A stretch of DNA of 64,000 bases from an uncultured bacterium (GTDB lineage Bacteria > Actinomycetota > Acidimicrobiia > Spongiisociales > ZC4RG35). Below are positions 44,479-56,242 of this stretch, piece after piece. Location: assembly GCA_963751005.1 (NCBI GenBank), contig CAVVSY010000004.1, positions 384,502-448,501 of the forward strand, in the 5' to 3' direction. A program made the translations under genes and the position numbers. The notes beneath the pieces are model-generated. The model had not been told where the DNA came from. It was given only the letters and a program-made list of their open reading frames with translations, and ran no database searches. Numbering within the stretch: the stretch's first letter is position 1; every line of letters begins with the position of its first letter.

Positions 44479-46302
44479 CATCGTCGACGATCTCGGCCTC
44501 GACGACGTCGTCGTCGTCGTCATCTCGAGGTCGCTGACTCGTCGGCACCGGTCTGCGGCGGATGCAGCCTGCTGATAGAGACGTGTCGCCATCGCCTGGC
44601 TGGCGCCGATCAGCTCGTCCATCTTGGCGCGGATGGCCTCGGAGTCGGCATCGGCATCGGCGAGGACCTCGGTGAGAGCCTGCTTGGCAGTCTCGACGGA
44701 AGTCTTCTCGTCGTCGGTCATCTGCTCGCCCGACTCCTCGATCAGCTTGTCGGTCTGGTGGACGCAGCTGCTCGGCCTGGTTCCGGGTCTCGATCGTCTC
44801 CCGACGCTTGGCGTCCTCCTCGGCGTAGGCCTCGGCGTCCTTGACCATCCGCTCGATGTCGTCCTGGGCGAGGGCAGTGCCACCGGTGATGGTCATCTTC
44901 TGCTCCTTGTTGGTCGCCAGGTCCTTGGCGTTGACATGGACGATCCCGTTGGCGTCGATGTCGAAGGTGACCTCGATCTGGGGCACACCCATCGGTGCCG
45001 GGGGCAGACCGGTGAGCCGGAACTTGCCCAGGCTGTTGTTGTCGTTGGCCATCGTCCGCTCGCCCTGCAGGACGTGGATCTCGACCTCCGGCTGGTTGTT
45101 CTCGGCCGTGGTGAAGATCTCGGACCGCTTGGTCGGGATGGTGGTGTTGCGCTCGATCATCCGGGTCATCACCCCACCCTTCGTCTCGATGCCGAGGGTG
45201 AGTGGGGTGACGTCGAGCAGGAGGATGTCCTTGACGTCGCCCTTGAGCACACCCGGCCTGGATGGCGGCGCCGGCGGCTACCACCTCATCGGGGTTCACC
45301 CCCTTGTGGGGGTCCTTGCCCGGTCAGCTTCTTGACCAGCTCCTGGACGGCCGGCATGCGGGTCGAGCCTCCGACCATGACGATGTGGTCGATCTCGGCC
45401 ACGGTGATTCCGGCGTCCTTGATCGCCTGCTCGAACGGCCGCTTGGTGCGGTCGAGCAGATCCTCGGTGAGCTTCTGGAACTCCGAGCGGGTCAGCTTGT
45501 ACTGCATGTGCAGGGGCCCGGCGTCGGTGGCGGTGATGAACGGGAGGTTGATCTCGGTCTCGGCGACGGATGACAGCTCGATCTTCGCCTTCTCCGCCGC
45601 CTCCTTGAGACGCTGGGTGGCCATCCGGTCGGTCGAGAGGTCGACACCGTGGTCGGCCTTGAAGGTCTTGACCAGCCATTCGATGACGGTCTGGTCCCAG
45701 TCGTCACCACCGAGGTGGGTGTCGCCCGACGTTGCCTTCACCTCGAACACGCCTTCACCGATCTCGAGCACGGACACGTCGAAGGTGCCACCACCCAGGT
45801 CGAAGACGAGGATCGTCTGGTCGGACTTCTTGTCGAGCCCGTAGGCAAGAGAGGCGGCTGTCGGCTCGTTGATGATGCGGAGGACGTTGAGACCGGCGAT
45901 CTGGCCGGCCTCCTTGGTGGCCTGACGCTGGGCGTCGTTGAAGTAGGCGGGGACGGTGATGACGGCGTCGCTGACCGTGTCGCCCAGATAGGACTCGGCG
46001 TCCCGCTTCAACTTCATGAGGATGCGGGCCGAGATCTCCTGGGCGGTGTAGCCCTTGCCGTCGATGTCGATCGTCCAGTCGGTTCCGATGTGACGCTTGA
46101 CCGATCGGACGGTGTGGTCGGGGTTGGTGATGGCCTGACGTTTGGCAACCTCGCCGACCAGCACCTCGCCGTCCTTGAACGAGACGATCGATGGTGTGGT
46201 CCGCCCACCCTCGGCGTTGGGGATGACGGTGGGCTCGCCGCCCTCGAGGACGGCGATGACGCTGTTGGTGGTGCCTAGGTCGATGCCTACGGCGCGTGGC
46301 AT
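44471..46302 (-). CDS. dnaK: Chaperone DnaK (Hsp70); two or more frameshifts
   Basis: N-terminus [22 protein letters not shown].... [31 protein letters not shown]. Substrate-binding domain and lid in frames 44471..45250 and 44440... C-terminus ...[16 protein letters not shown]. Confidence 0.9.
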
Positions 46303-46353
46303 GATTGTGGATCCTTCCGGCTAACGGTTCTAAGTGTTCCCGAATAGCTACAA

Positions 46354-46375
46354 CCTGAGTGTCACTGTTATCAAG
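46354..46375 (-). promoter_or_regulatory. Degenerate HAIR-like inverted repeat about 50-75 nt upstream of dnaK (minus orientation: cTTGAtaacagtgacacTCAgG)
   Basis: Half-sites TTGA/TCAG with 12-nt spacing (consensus spacing is 11). Shares the 9-mer TGACACTCA with the clpB upstream element. Confidence 0.3.
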
Positions 46376-46388
46376 TTCAAGAGGGAAG

Positions 46389-46435
46389 AAGCGTGTGCAG
46401 TTGAGGTCGTATAGCGACTTCAACTGCACACGCTT
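46389..46435. repeat. 47-bp palindrome, copy C of the repeat family (one arm mismatch, which would be a G-U pair in RNA)
   Basis: AAGCGTGTGCAGTTGAGGTCG-tata-GCGACTTCAACTGCACACGCTT. It sits 5 nt 3' of the cytochrome c stop and about 90 nt 5' of the dnaK start. Confidence 0.9.
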
Positions 46436-46440
46436 GGGGA

Positions 46441-46873
46441 TCAGGCGGCGAGACTCTTGATGTACTCGACGAGATCGGTGATCTGGGTGTCGTCGAGCTG
46501 GTCGGCGTAGAACTTGGGCATGATGTCCTGGAATCCCTCGACCACCTGGTTGGCGGGATCGACGATCGAGTTGAACAGATAGGCGTCGTCGGCCACCACT
46601 TCCTCACCACTGGCCAGGGGGCGTATCGAACCGGCCAGACCTTTCCAGGTCGGCCCCGAGCCCGGGCGCCCGTCGGTCGGTGTGACACTGCAGACAGCCC
46701 TGGCCTTCGGCGAGGACGGCGCCGCGTGCCGCCGCCTCGGCGTCGACGGTGATGGTCAGGGTCGAGGTGGCGGTGCTTCCGTCGCCGAGACTCTGTCCGG
46801 AGAAGAGAAAGAGGCCGATCCCCACGCCCACGACGATGATGAGGGCGAGCGCTCCCTCGGTCCAACTGCTCAT
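46441..46873 (-). CDS. Membrane-anchored mono-haem cytochrome c (class I); one frameshift near 46610
   Basis: N-terminal TM ALALIIVVGVGIGLFLF, haem-binding CLQCH. C-terminal ...DIMPKFYADQLDDTQITDLVEYIKSLAA* in a second frame. Confidence 0.75.
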
Positions 46874-47017
46874 GACGAGTCAACCGTAGACACGGGCCGA
46901 TCCAAATGCGGTGTTTGGCCGGGGCGTCGATGCTGCCGCGAATTGAGATCCCCGGAGGCGGTCACGGCGGTTCGGCAGCGACTTGAATCAGGTCTCGATC
47001 GCTACGAGGAGTAAGAC

Positions 47018-47519
47018 ATGGAGATCACCGATATCGGGCTGGCCGTCCTGCGCTGTTGGGCGGGGGTGGTGATGCTGGCGCACGGCATCAACCACGCCCG
47101 CAACCAGGAGGGGACGGCGACATGGTTCGCCAAGGTCGGGTACAAGTCGCCCGAGTTGAACGCCCGCCTCTCCTCGCTCACGGAGATCGCGGTGGGGCTG
47201 GGTCTGCTGGCAGGGCTCCTCACCACGGTCGCCGCCGCCGGGCTGGCGTCGATCATGGCCGTGGCGTTCTGGTCCATCCACCGATTCGCCGGATTCTTCG
47301 TTTTCAACCGGCCTACCGAGGGGTATGAGTACGTCACGACGATGGCGGTGGTAGCGCTGGTCATCGCCATCTTCGGCCCTGGTGGCATCTCGCTCGACGC
47401 CGTCGTCGGCACCGACCTCGACGGTCTGGTCGGCGTGCGGCATCTTCGGTCTCGGGATCGTGGCGGCGGCGGGCCAGCTGGCGATGTTCTGGCGTAGGCC
47501 AGTGAAGGAGAATGCATGA
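47018..47519 (+). CDS. DoxX-family membrane protein; C-terminal frameshift
   Basis: MEITDIGLAVLRCWAGVVMLAHGINHARN... four TM helices. True end ...QLAMFWRRPVKENA* overlaps the next start (ATGA). Confidence 0.75.
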
Positions 47520-48239
47520 GGATCGACGATCTGCCCGCCGAGTTCGCCCTCACCCGGTCGGCTCTGCATCAGGTCGCCTTCTTCGCCATGAGCCCGGCTC
47601 GTTATGCCGCGGTGGGCCGAATGGGATTGCGCCCGACACCCGGCGGATTCGGGACCCCGGAGTTCGACGGCGCCGTCGCCCGGGTCGACGGTGACATGCT
47701 GGTGTACGAGAAGGATGGCAACACCGCCACGCGCACCATCACCACCGTGCGTGACGCGGCGCGCTTCTTCGGGGTCGAGTACCAGGTCGAGTGGTTCGCC
47801 GGTCAGTTCCGGGATCCTCTCCGCCCCGCCGACCCCGACGCCACGCTCCCGGTGGATGCGACAGCCGCACGCGCCATCGGCGAATGGTTCGACTTCGGAT
47901 TCGACGTCCTGGCCAAGCTCGCCGCCCAGGCGGTAGAGAGCGACGACGTCTCCGAGGTCCAGCTCTGGCCCGAGCACTTCGACCCCGCAGTGGAGTTGGG
48001 CGCGCAGGAGGACGGTCGTCGCGCCAGCTATGGGACGTCCCCTGGAGACGACCACCACGAGGAGCCCTATGTCTACGTGGCGGCTTGGGGGTCGATCGAC
48101 CGGGACAACCCGTTTCTGGAACGACGAGGCGTTCAACGGCGCCAGCCTGCCCTACGCCGCCCTTCTCGAGGCCGAAGACCCCGTGGCCAGCGCCCTCGAC
48201 TTCCTACTCCAGGGCTACGGGATCCTGCACACGAGCTGA
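47516..48239 (+). CDS. Hypothetical protein; one frameshift near 48110
   Basis: No domain recognised. The C-terminal 48030..48239 frame (…WNDEAFNGASLPYAALLEAEDPVASALDFLLQGYGILHTS) continues the 47516 frame. Confidence 0.5.
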
Positions 48240-48699
48240 GGCGAGACTCGCCACCAGACCCGCTGCCGCCGCCCGCACCATGGAGATGGTTCGGTCGTAT
48301 CCCTCGTCGGGCCCCCCATAGGGGTCGGGGACCTCGTCCTCGTCGGTCTCGGGGTCGAACGTGCGGAAGAGACGGACCCTCGCTCGCGACTCGAGGTCGG
48401 GGGCGACTTCGATCACCTCGCGGAGATTGGCCCGGTCCATCACGACGATCATGTCGAACCGGGCGAAGTCGGATCGATTGATCCGCCGGGCTCGCCCGGT
48501 CACGATGAGGCCGCCCTCGCCCCCGCCTCCACCGACTGATGGTGGGGCGGGTCGCCGACGTGCCAGGACCCGGTCCCCGCCGAGTCGACCTCGACGTCGA
48601 TCCCGGCGTCTAGTGGCGGCTTCGACGATCGCCGCTTCGGCTGCCGGGGAACGGCAGATGTTGCCTGCGCAGACCGCAAGGATCCGGACGGTCACGTCT
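48204..48699 (-). CDS. Low-molecular-weight protein-tyrosine phosphatase / ArsC-like (CX5R P-loop); one frameshift
   Basis: VRILAVCAGNICRSPAAEAAIVEAA... P-loop. C-terminal D-P motif ...DEVPDPYGG.... GTG start overlaps the methyltransferase 3' end. Confidence 0.75.
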
Positions 48700-49513
48700 G
48701 CAATCCCCGCAATCGCTCCCGAGCCAGCTCCACGTAGGAATGCTCGGTGTCGAAGCCGACATAGTGCCGCGAGGTCTCCACGGCGGCGACGGCCGTGGTG
48801 CCCGACCCGATGAAGGGGTCGAGTACGAGGTCGCCCTGGTAGGTGTAGAGCTCGATGAGCCGGCGGGGCAGCTCGACGGGGAACGGGGCGGGATGGCCCA
48901 CCCGGGTGGCACTCGCCGCAGGCATCTCCCACACGTCGATCGTCGCCTCGAGGAAGTCGTCGGTGGCGATGGTGGCCTCGTGAGGCAGCCCTCGCTGCGC
49001 CCTCGCCTGACGTTTCAGGGCCCGATCGAAACGGCCCTTGGAGGCGACGATCACACGTTCGGTCACGTCGCGGAGCACCGGGTTCTGCGGCGATCGATAC
49101 GACCCCCAGGCGCAGGAGCCCCCGGCGCCTCGCGCCTTCTGCCAGATGATCTCGCCGCGGAGCAGCATGCCCAGGTCGTCCTGGAGGATGGAGATCACAT
49201 CGGCCGACAGCGATCGGTAGGGCTTCCGCCCCAGGTTGGCGACGTTGATCGCCATGCGCCCTCCGGGCTCCAGCTTGGTGAGACACACGGCGAGGACGTC
49301 GTGGAGCATCTCGAGGTACTCGACATAGCTCGCGGGAACGTGCCCTGCGGCCAAGTCCGTCTCGTACTCCTTCCCGGTGAAATAGGGGGGCGAGGTGACG
49401 ACGAGCGCCACCGACCGGTCGGCTACCTGCTCGTCGCCGATCTGGCGGGCGTCGCCGCAGAAGATCTCGTCGACGACCACCGGAGGCTCGACACGCTCGT
49501 CACCGGAGACCAC
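48692..49513 (-). CDS. Beta-class DNA methyltransferase (motif IV SPPY upstream of motif I DPFIGSGTT; probable N4-cytosine or N6-adenine methyltransferase), no adjacent restriction endonuclease
   Basis: Intact 273 aa. ...LVVTSPPYFTGKEY... and ...VLDPFIGSGTTAVAA..., a motif order typical of M.PvuII/CcrM-like enzymes. Confidence 0.85.
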   Translation of the reverse strand: MVSGDERVEPPVVVDEIFCGDARQIGDEQVADRSVALVVTSPPYFTGKEYETDLAAGHVPASYVEYLEMLHDVLAVCLTKLEPGGRMAINVANLGRKPYRSLSADVISILQDDLGMLLRGEIIWQKARGAGGSCAWGSYRSPQNPVLRDVTERVIVASKGRFDRALKRQARAQRGLPHEATIATDDFLEATIDVWEMPAASATRVGHPAPFPVELPRRLIELYTYQGDLVLDPFIGSGTTAVAAVETSRHYVGFDTEHSYVELARERLRGLQT

Positions 49514-49682
49514 GGGGGGGCTGAAGCGCTCGTAGAACGACGAGGAGTCGTGTGACTCCCGTTTGCCCGATCCGAAGTCGGATGTCGCCGTGGCCGAGAC
49601 GCCGCCGTGTCATGGCCGCTGAAGTTACCCCCGGCCGAATGCCGAGCCAGGGATCACCTTCGGCTTCAATTGCCCCAGGACC

Positions 49683-50230
49683 ATGCACATCGTCATCCCC
49701 GAGGACCGCCCCAAGTACGACTTTCCCTTGCCCGACGGGACGATCGTGACGCTGAGCCCGATCCTGAAGACCGACAAGGAGTTCTTCCGCAAGGGGTTGC
49801 AGGAGCTGTCCGTCGAGAGCAGATTCGCCCGTTTCGGCCAGGGAGTGTCCGGGTTGAGCGATCGTGAGCTCGAATACCTCACCGACGTCGATCAGAGACA
49901 TCATGTCGCCTGGGGAGCCGCCGATCGGGGAGGACGTCGCCGGGGTCGGGCGCTACATCGCCCCCGACGACGGCGGATGTCCCGAGATGGCGCTCACGGT
50001 GCTCGACCACATGCAGCGGCGAGGCGTGGGTCGTGCCCTCATCGTGGCCCTGGCCGCCGTGGCCCGGGCCGACGGCCACGAGGAGCTCTGTTTCGAGGCG
50101 GAGCCGGGAAACGAGGCCGTGCTCAGACTGGTGGGCGAGCTGGAGGTGCGGCCCTTCGTGTCCGGCGATCTCCTGGAACGTCGCATTCGGCTCGTCGACC
50201 TGCCCCTGACGGGTCACGAGACTGGGTTTG
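49683..50230 (+). CDS. GNAT-family N-acetyltransferase; one frameshift near 49925
   Basis: Motif A region ...[27 protein letters not shown].... The N-terminal 49683 frame and C-terminal 49864 frame join. Confidence 0.7.
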
Positions 50231-50252
50231 CTGGCCGTGATCGACGAGATCA

Positions 50253-50657
50253 GGGTTAGCCGGTCGTCCTCGTCGAGATCGAGAGAAGCGGAGTTGACGC
50301 AGTAACGGAGACCGGTTGGCCCCGGCCCGTCGTCGAACACATGCCCGAGATGCCCGCCACAGTTGGAGCACTTGATCTCGGTCCGGACCATCCCGTAGGA
50401 ACGGTCGCTCTCCTCGTCGATGACTCCCTCTGCCAACGGCTGGAAGAAGCTGGGCCACCCACTATGCGATTCGAACTTCGTGTCCGAGGTGAAGAGCTTC
50501 TCGCCACAACCGGCGCAGCGATAGACCCCCGGTGTCTTGGTGTCCCAGTACTTGCCGGTGAAGGCGCGTTCGGTGTCGCCCTGACGCAGCACCTGGTACT
50601 GCTCGGGAGTGAGCTTGTTCCCTCCACTCCGATTCGGTCTGTGGCATGTCGCCCATG
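50253..50657 (-). CDS. msrB: Peptide-methionine (R)-S-oxide reductase MsrB; one frameshift near 50615
   Basis: SelR motifs: two CxxC (CAGCGEKLF; [12 protein letters not shown]), [10 protein letters not shown]-terminus [13 protein letters not shown]|[12 protein letters not shown] is split by a 1-nt indel. Confidence 0.8.
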
Positions 50658-50689
50658 TGTGGCCTCCTTGGCTCCCATTCAAACCCAGG

Positions 50690-51126
50690 TGTGTGCTCTA
50701 ATCGATCGACGAAGACGTTCTGTGCCGGGTTGAGCTTGCCCCGGGCCTGCTTGTGGAGTCCATCCAGGAGACCCGGTCGATCTCCGGGTACTCCCGCCCG
50801 TAGAGGGTGAATGTCCCCGGGTTGAAGGCCTCGAGGTCGAAGTCGGTCTCCACGGCCCAGGCCACCACCACCTTGCGTGAACGCAGGGTGGTCTCGCCCA
50901 GCGGCACCCACTCCGGCTCGGGGGCGTCCCAGCCGGTCTCCTCGACGAACTCCCGGGCCGCCGCCGCCCGATCGTCTTCGCCGTCCTTGACGATCCCCTT
51001 CACCAGTGACCACGACCCAGCATCCCGGTTCTCGAACCAGGGCCCGCCAGGATGGGCGATCAAGACCTCGAGCCCGGCGCCGAGACGGTATGGGAGAAGA
51101 CCCGCGGATCTCACGGGTCCCGACAT
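50690..51126 (-). CDS. NUDIX hydrolase; C-terminal frameshift
   Basis: Nudix box G(X5)E(X7)REFVEETG: [23 protein letters not shown]. Confidence 0.7.
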
Positions 51127-51147
51127 TACGCTGGCCGGGTGACCGTC

Positions 51148-52046
51148 CTGGCCACCACACCAACGGTCGGAGACGACCTCGTCGCATTCGACACGAGTCT
51201 CCAGCTGGGCGGGTCAGAGCCCCTGGGAGCGGGGGTCAAGCGGGTGACCATGGAACAGCTGGAGCTGGCCGCCGCCGGCTTCTTCGCCCCCGAGACGTCG
51301 TTGGGCGGTGCCGTCCACGAGTCGCGAAAGTCGATCAAGCGGGTGCGGGCCATGCTTCGTCTCGTGCGTGGCGAGATCCCGTCACGGATCTACGAATTCG
51401 AGAACGGCTCGTTGCGTGACACCGGTCGTCTGCTCACCGAGATCAGGTCGTCACAGGGCGTTCTCAACGCCGCCCTCTCCATCCGGGACATCTACGGCGA
51501 TTTGCTGGCCGACAGGACCTTCACGGACATGATCGAGACGGCTGTCTCGGCGCCGCGATCTCACCGAGCTCAATGCCCATCGAGGATCCCCATCTCGTCG
51601 GCCGGGTGGTGAGGAGCCTGGAACGCGCCTATCACCGCTACGGATCGTGGTCTACCGATCCCGAGGCCAGAGAGGCATATGGGATGGGCATCAGGGACGA
51701 GTTCGCAGCGCTGGAATCGGGACTCGGTGCCACCTACACCTCAGGGCGCCGCACCATGGCGACCGCGTACACCAGATCCGGACCGGGTGACTTCCACGCG
51801 TGGCGCAAGCGGGTCAAGGACATGCGACACCAGATGGAGTTCCTCGCCCCACTCTGGCCGGAGGTGGTGGTCGGGATGGCCATGACTCTGCATCGTCTCG
51901 GCGACCTCCTCGGGGAGGACAACGACCTGGCCGAGCTGATGTCGTTGCTCGCCCATCGCCCTGACCTCTGCCCCAACCCCAGCGAGAGGTCGCTGTTCCG
52001 GGCCCTGGCCACCCAGCGTCGTCTCGAGCTGCAGAACGGCCAGTGA
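51148..52046 (+). CDS. CHAD-domain protein; one frameshift near 51560
   Basis: ...VHESRKSIKRVRAMLRLVRGEI... and ...FHAWRKRVKDMRHQMEFLAPLWPE... match conserved-histidine alpha-helical domain signatures. Confidence 0.65.
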
Positions 52047-52255
52047 GATCCTGGGGAGACGGGTCTACGCCGAGAGACCCAAGGCACTCACTCACCGTTT
52101 CGGGGAGTACTGGGGGGCGCGGCACATGGCGATCACGGGTCAGCTCGACACGCTCGTCGTCTGCTGACCACCCAACCGTTTCGGGAATCCACCCGGCCGG
52201 GGTCGCGTTGAGAGATTTCGACGACGAACCGGAGGTCTCCAGTCGGAGGTGACAC

Positions 52256-52985
52256 ATGAAGGTGGAGAGCAGCGCTCGCAGGGTCAGGGTCATGCTCGGT
52301 GGCCAGTTCGTCGCCGACACCATCCATCCTCTCCTGGTGTGGGAGTCGCCTCATTACCCCACGTACTACTTCCCCGAGGCGGATGTGGCCACCGATCTCC
52401 TGGTCGAGACCGGCGAAGTCACCAGGAGCCCCAGTCGCGGCGATGCGGTGCAGTACCAAGTCGAGGCAGGCGGTCGGATGGGCGCCGCCCATGGCTATCC
52501 CGACTCGAAGCTCCCCGAGTTGACCGGGCACTACGCCTTCGTCTGGGACACGATGGATCATTGGTTCGAGGAGGACGAGGAGGTCTTCGTCCATGCTCGC
52601 GACCCCTACACCCGAATCGACATCGTCCCCTCGAGCCGCCGGGTCAGAGTCGAGATCGACGGGGAGTGTCGTGGCTGACACCACCGGCGCCGTCTTCTTG
52701 TTCGAGACGGGACTCCCCACCAGGTACTACCTGCCCAAGACCGACGTGAGGATGGACATGCTGACCCCGACCGATCGCGCCACCCGGTGCCCGTACAAGG
52801 GCACGGCGCGGTATTGGACGGTTCAGGCCGCAGGGGAGGCGCATGAGAACTTCGTCTGGGGTTACGACGCCCCACTGCCCGAGTCGCAGAAGATCCTGGG
52901 GACTGGTCGCCTTCTACAACGAGAAGGTCGACATCTACGTCGACGGGGTCCTCCAGGAACGACCGCGCACCAAGTTCTCCTGAAC
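52256..52985 (+). CDS. Tandem DUF427-domain protein; one frameshift near 52675
   Basis: Two repeats (...YFPEADVATDLL... / ...YYLPKTDVRMDML...) across frames 52256.. and 52593... Confidence 0.65.
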
Positions 52986-52989
52986 GCTC

Positions 52990-54262
52990 CCCGTCTCACA
53001 GCTGGCCCGACTGCCCCGCCGCCATGGTCCGCCAGATAACCGGGGTCGTCGTACCTGCTGAGCAGGAAGGCGTCGGCATATCCCGGGAGGTCGGTTCGTC
53101 GGGAGATGTCTGGCCAGGAGATCGGCGGCACCCGCGGACACCATCACCCCGAACCCCGACATCCCGGTCATGAGACTGATCCCCGGCGATGCCGGATGGC
53201 CCCACCAGATGGGCGATTCTCCCGGGTCTTGGTGTAGTAGCCCCCGTCGACGACCGACTCGGGCAGCCGGTCGTGGTAGACGCCGAGTCCCGGGACCATC
53301 GTCGTCAAGCCTGCGCATCACCACCTCGGGGTAGAGCGGGTCCTCGGGCAGGGGCCACGATGGCTCGAGGACGTTGCCCGTGGTATTCCCAGAGGGCCAG
53401 CACGTAGGGCGACTCCCGCACCACCCTCGGGGCGGAAGTGGCAGAACACCGGCATCTCCCCCAGGACGTCGTCCCTCCCCATCTCGGCGAGGCCCGCCCT
53501 CTCCTCCTCGCTCCAGTCGATCTCCTGGGTGTCACTCCAGATCGTCATCGGCGCTTCCCTCGGGATGACCCGAGATGGTCCTTGAACGCCACCTTGAGGT
53601 GGAGCTCGGAGAAGAGGGGCAGATCGACCCCGGCCATGGCCGCGACCGGGCCACTCATCGGGCCCGCCGCGATCACGATCTCCTCGGTGGCAACGGTCGA
53701 CCCGTCTGACAGGGTGACCTGACCCGAGGCGAGGCCGGTGACAGCTGCAGTGTGCAGCGCCACCCCGGCGTCGCGGCACCGGTCGAGCATCCATTGGCCG
53801 AGGTCCTGGGCGCGGAACCAACCGGCGCGAGGCACCCGAATCGCCCCGACGGCCTTGTCGGTGATGAAGGGGTGACCTCGACGGAGGTCATCGGCGTCGA
53901 GGATCTCTGCACGGGCGCCGAGGGCGGCGACCTCGTTCGCCTGACGGGAGAATCCGTCGAGGGTGGCCGTCTCACCGGTCACGAACAGATAGCCGTTCTG
54001 GTTGAAGCCGAACTCGGTGATCCCGGCCAGCTCTTCGAAGATGTCGATCGAGCGATTCATCAGACCCACCATCGATGCGTTCGGCCACCAGTTGCGATAG
54101 CACTCCGTGGACTTGTCCGAGGTGAGCGTCAGCGGGGGTCGAGGGTCGACGATCAGGATGTCCGGCCGGCCGTGCCGGACCGCGAGGTGGTAGGCAGCCG
54201 ACACCCCGGCGATGCCGGCACCGATCACGACGACGTCGTGCCGGTGGCTCAACGACCCAGGT
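52990..54262 (-). CDS. FAD-dependent oxidoreductase (DAO family; sarcosine/glycine-oxidase-like); three or more frameshifts
   Basis: Rossmann dinucleotide motif [20 protein letters not shown] at the N-terminus (about 54230). The remainder is spread over 53545.., 53318.. and 52935.. frames. Confidence 0.6.
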
Positions 54263-56193
54263 GGGTCAGCACCTTCCCGGCTATGGCCTGGGCAGTGAAC
54301 CCGAAGTGCTCGGCGAGCTCTTCCGCGGGTGCCGAGGCGCCGAAGTGGTCGATCCCGATGCTGAGAGCCTCCTCGAGTCCGACGAACCGCTCCCATCCGA
54401 ATGTCGAGGCGGCCTCGACGGAGACCCGCGGAGCGGTTCCGAGGACTTCGCTCCTGTACTCCTCGGACTGCTCGGCGAAGAGCTCCCAACACGGCATGCT
54501 CACCACCCTCGCCTCGGTACCCTCCCGACCGAGGAGGTCGGCGGCGTCGAGGGCGGCGGACACCTCCGACCCTGTGGCGATGATGGTGACGTCACTGCCC
54601 TGTCGGACCACGTAACCGCCCTTGTCGAGCTGCCCCTTGGGGAGAGTCGGGAGGTTCTGACGGCTGAGGACCAATGCGACCGGTCCGTCGCCCCGGTTGA
54701 GGGCCACCTCCCAGGCCTGCACCACCTCGTTGGCGTCGGCCGGACGGATCACCCAGAGCCCGGGCATCGCCCGCAAGGAGGCGAGGTGCTCGATGGGTTG
54801 GTGGGTGGGGCCGTCCTCACCGAGGAAGATCGAGTCGTGGGTCCAGACCCAGACCGAGGGAATCCCCATGAGGGCAGAGAGGCGGACCGCCGGTCTCATG
54901 TAGTCGCTGAAGACGAAGAAGGTCGCCCCGTACGGTTTGAGCCCACCATGGATGGCCAGCCCGTTGACGACAGCCCCCATTCCGTGCTCCCTGACCCCGA
55001 AGGGGATGTCACGGGCGGCCCGATCTGCCGGCGAGTACAGCCGGCCGGGCTCGATCACTGTCTTGGTCGACTCGGCGAGATCGGCCGACCCACCGATGAA
55101 GCCCGGGGCCTTCTCCGCGATCTCGGCGAAGAGCCGGCCGGAAGAGGCCCGGGTGGCCAGTGTCTCCCCTTCGGGGAAGCCGGGCCCTTCGAGACTCAAC
55201 GGGCCCGCGGAGTGCAGCGCCTCCCACGTCGACGTGTCGGACGGCTCGAAACCGCTCACCCATTCGGCACGGGCGTCCCTGCCCCTGGCCATGGCGTCGG
55301 TGAAGAAGTCGTAGACGCTCGGCTCGACGTGAAATGTGGGCTCGAGCGGGTATCCCATGGCCGTCTTGGCGAGGGCGACCTCCTCGTCGCCGAGGGGGGA
55401 GCCGTGGGCCTTGCGCCGTGTCCTGGGCATTGGGAGCACCGTGACCGATGTTGGTGTGACAGATCGACCAGGCTCGGGCGGTCCTGCTCGGCCCGGGCCG
55501 TCTCGATCGCCTCGGCGATGGCGCCGCGATCGTGGCCGTCGACTGCGAGCGTGTGCCAGCCGACCGCTTCGAACCTGGCGGCCACGTCCTCGGTGAACGT
55601 GATGCTGGTCGACCCGTCGATCGAGATCTCGTTGTCGTCGTAGAGATAGAGTCAGCCTTCCCAGCCGGAAATGGCCGGCGAGCGACGCCGACTCCGAGCT
55701 GATCCCCTCCATCAGGTCCCCGTCGGAGACGAAGCCATAGGTGTCGTGATCCACCAGGTCGGGGCCGAGACGAGCCCGCAGGTTGGTCTCGGCGAGCGCC
55801 ATGCCCACACCTGCTGGCGAAGCCCTGGCCCAGCGGCCCGGTGGTCATCTCGATCCCCAGCTCGTGGGCGATCTCGGGGTGGCCGGCGGTGTGGGATCCC
55901 CATTGCCGGAACTGACGGATGTCGTCGAGGCTGATGGGAAAGCCGGAGAGATGGAGCATCGAGTAGAGGAGCATCGACCCGTGCCCGTTGGAGAGCACGA
56001 AGCGATCCCGGTCCGGCCATTCGGGATGGCCGGGGTCGACCCTGAGGAAACGGGTCCAGAGGGTGACGGCGATGTCGGCCATTCCCATCGGCATGCCGGG
56101 ATGCCCGGAGTTGGCCTTCTGCACTGCGTCCATGGCGAGGGCGCGGATGGTGTCGACCGCCAATTGTTCGATTGGTCTCGGATCCATTGCCAT
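54249..56193 (-). CDS. tkt: Transketolase; two or more frameshifts
   Basis: N-terminus [39 protein letters not shown] (TPP motif). ...GPLGQGF.... C-terminal half 54249..55808 frame (…[21 protein letters not shown]…). Confidence 0.9.
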
Positions 56194-56242
56194 CGAGGGT
56201 ACCGCCTGTGGGGGCGACGCCCTCCGGGAGGGCTGGATTGGG

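Noticed and set aside
46303-46440. Canonical HAIR (CTTGAGT-N7-ACTCAAG) or CIRCE (TTAGCACTC-N9-GAGTGCTAA) upstream of dnaK.
   Set aside because: No exact or near-exact consensus copy. Only a degenerate HAIR-like site (reported at low confidence) and the unrelated 47-bp palindrome are present.
48215-48235. CTGCACACG half-site resembling the right arm of the palindromic repeat, at the end of the 47516 gene.
   Set aside because: Only 9 nt match, with no partner arm nearby. Consistent with chance.
53000-54262. Two separate genes (a small [12 protein letters not shown]… protein plus a DAO oxidoreductase).
   Set aside because: The fragments are co-linear on the minus strand without intervening promoter-like gaps. 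Together they approximate one roughly 420-aa FAD oxidoreductase, so frameshift fragmentation is the simpler explanation. Confidence stays low.
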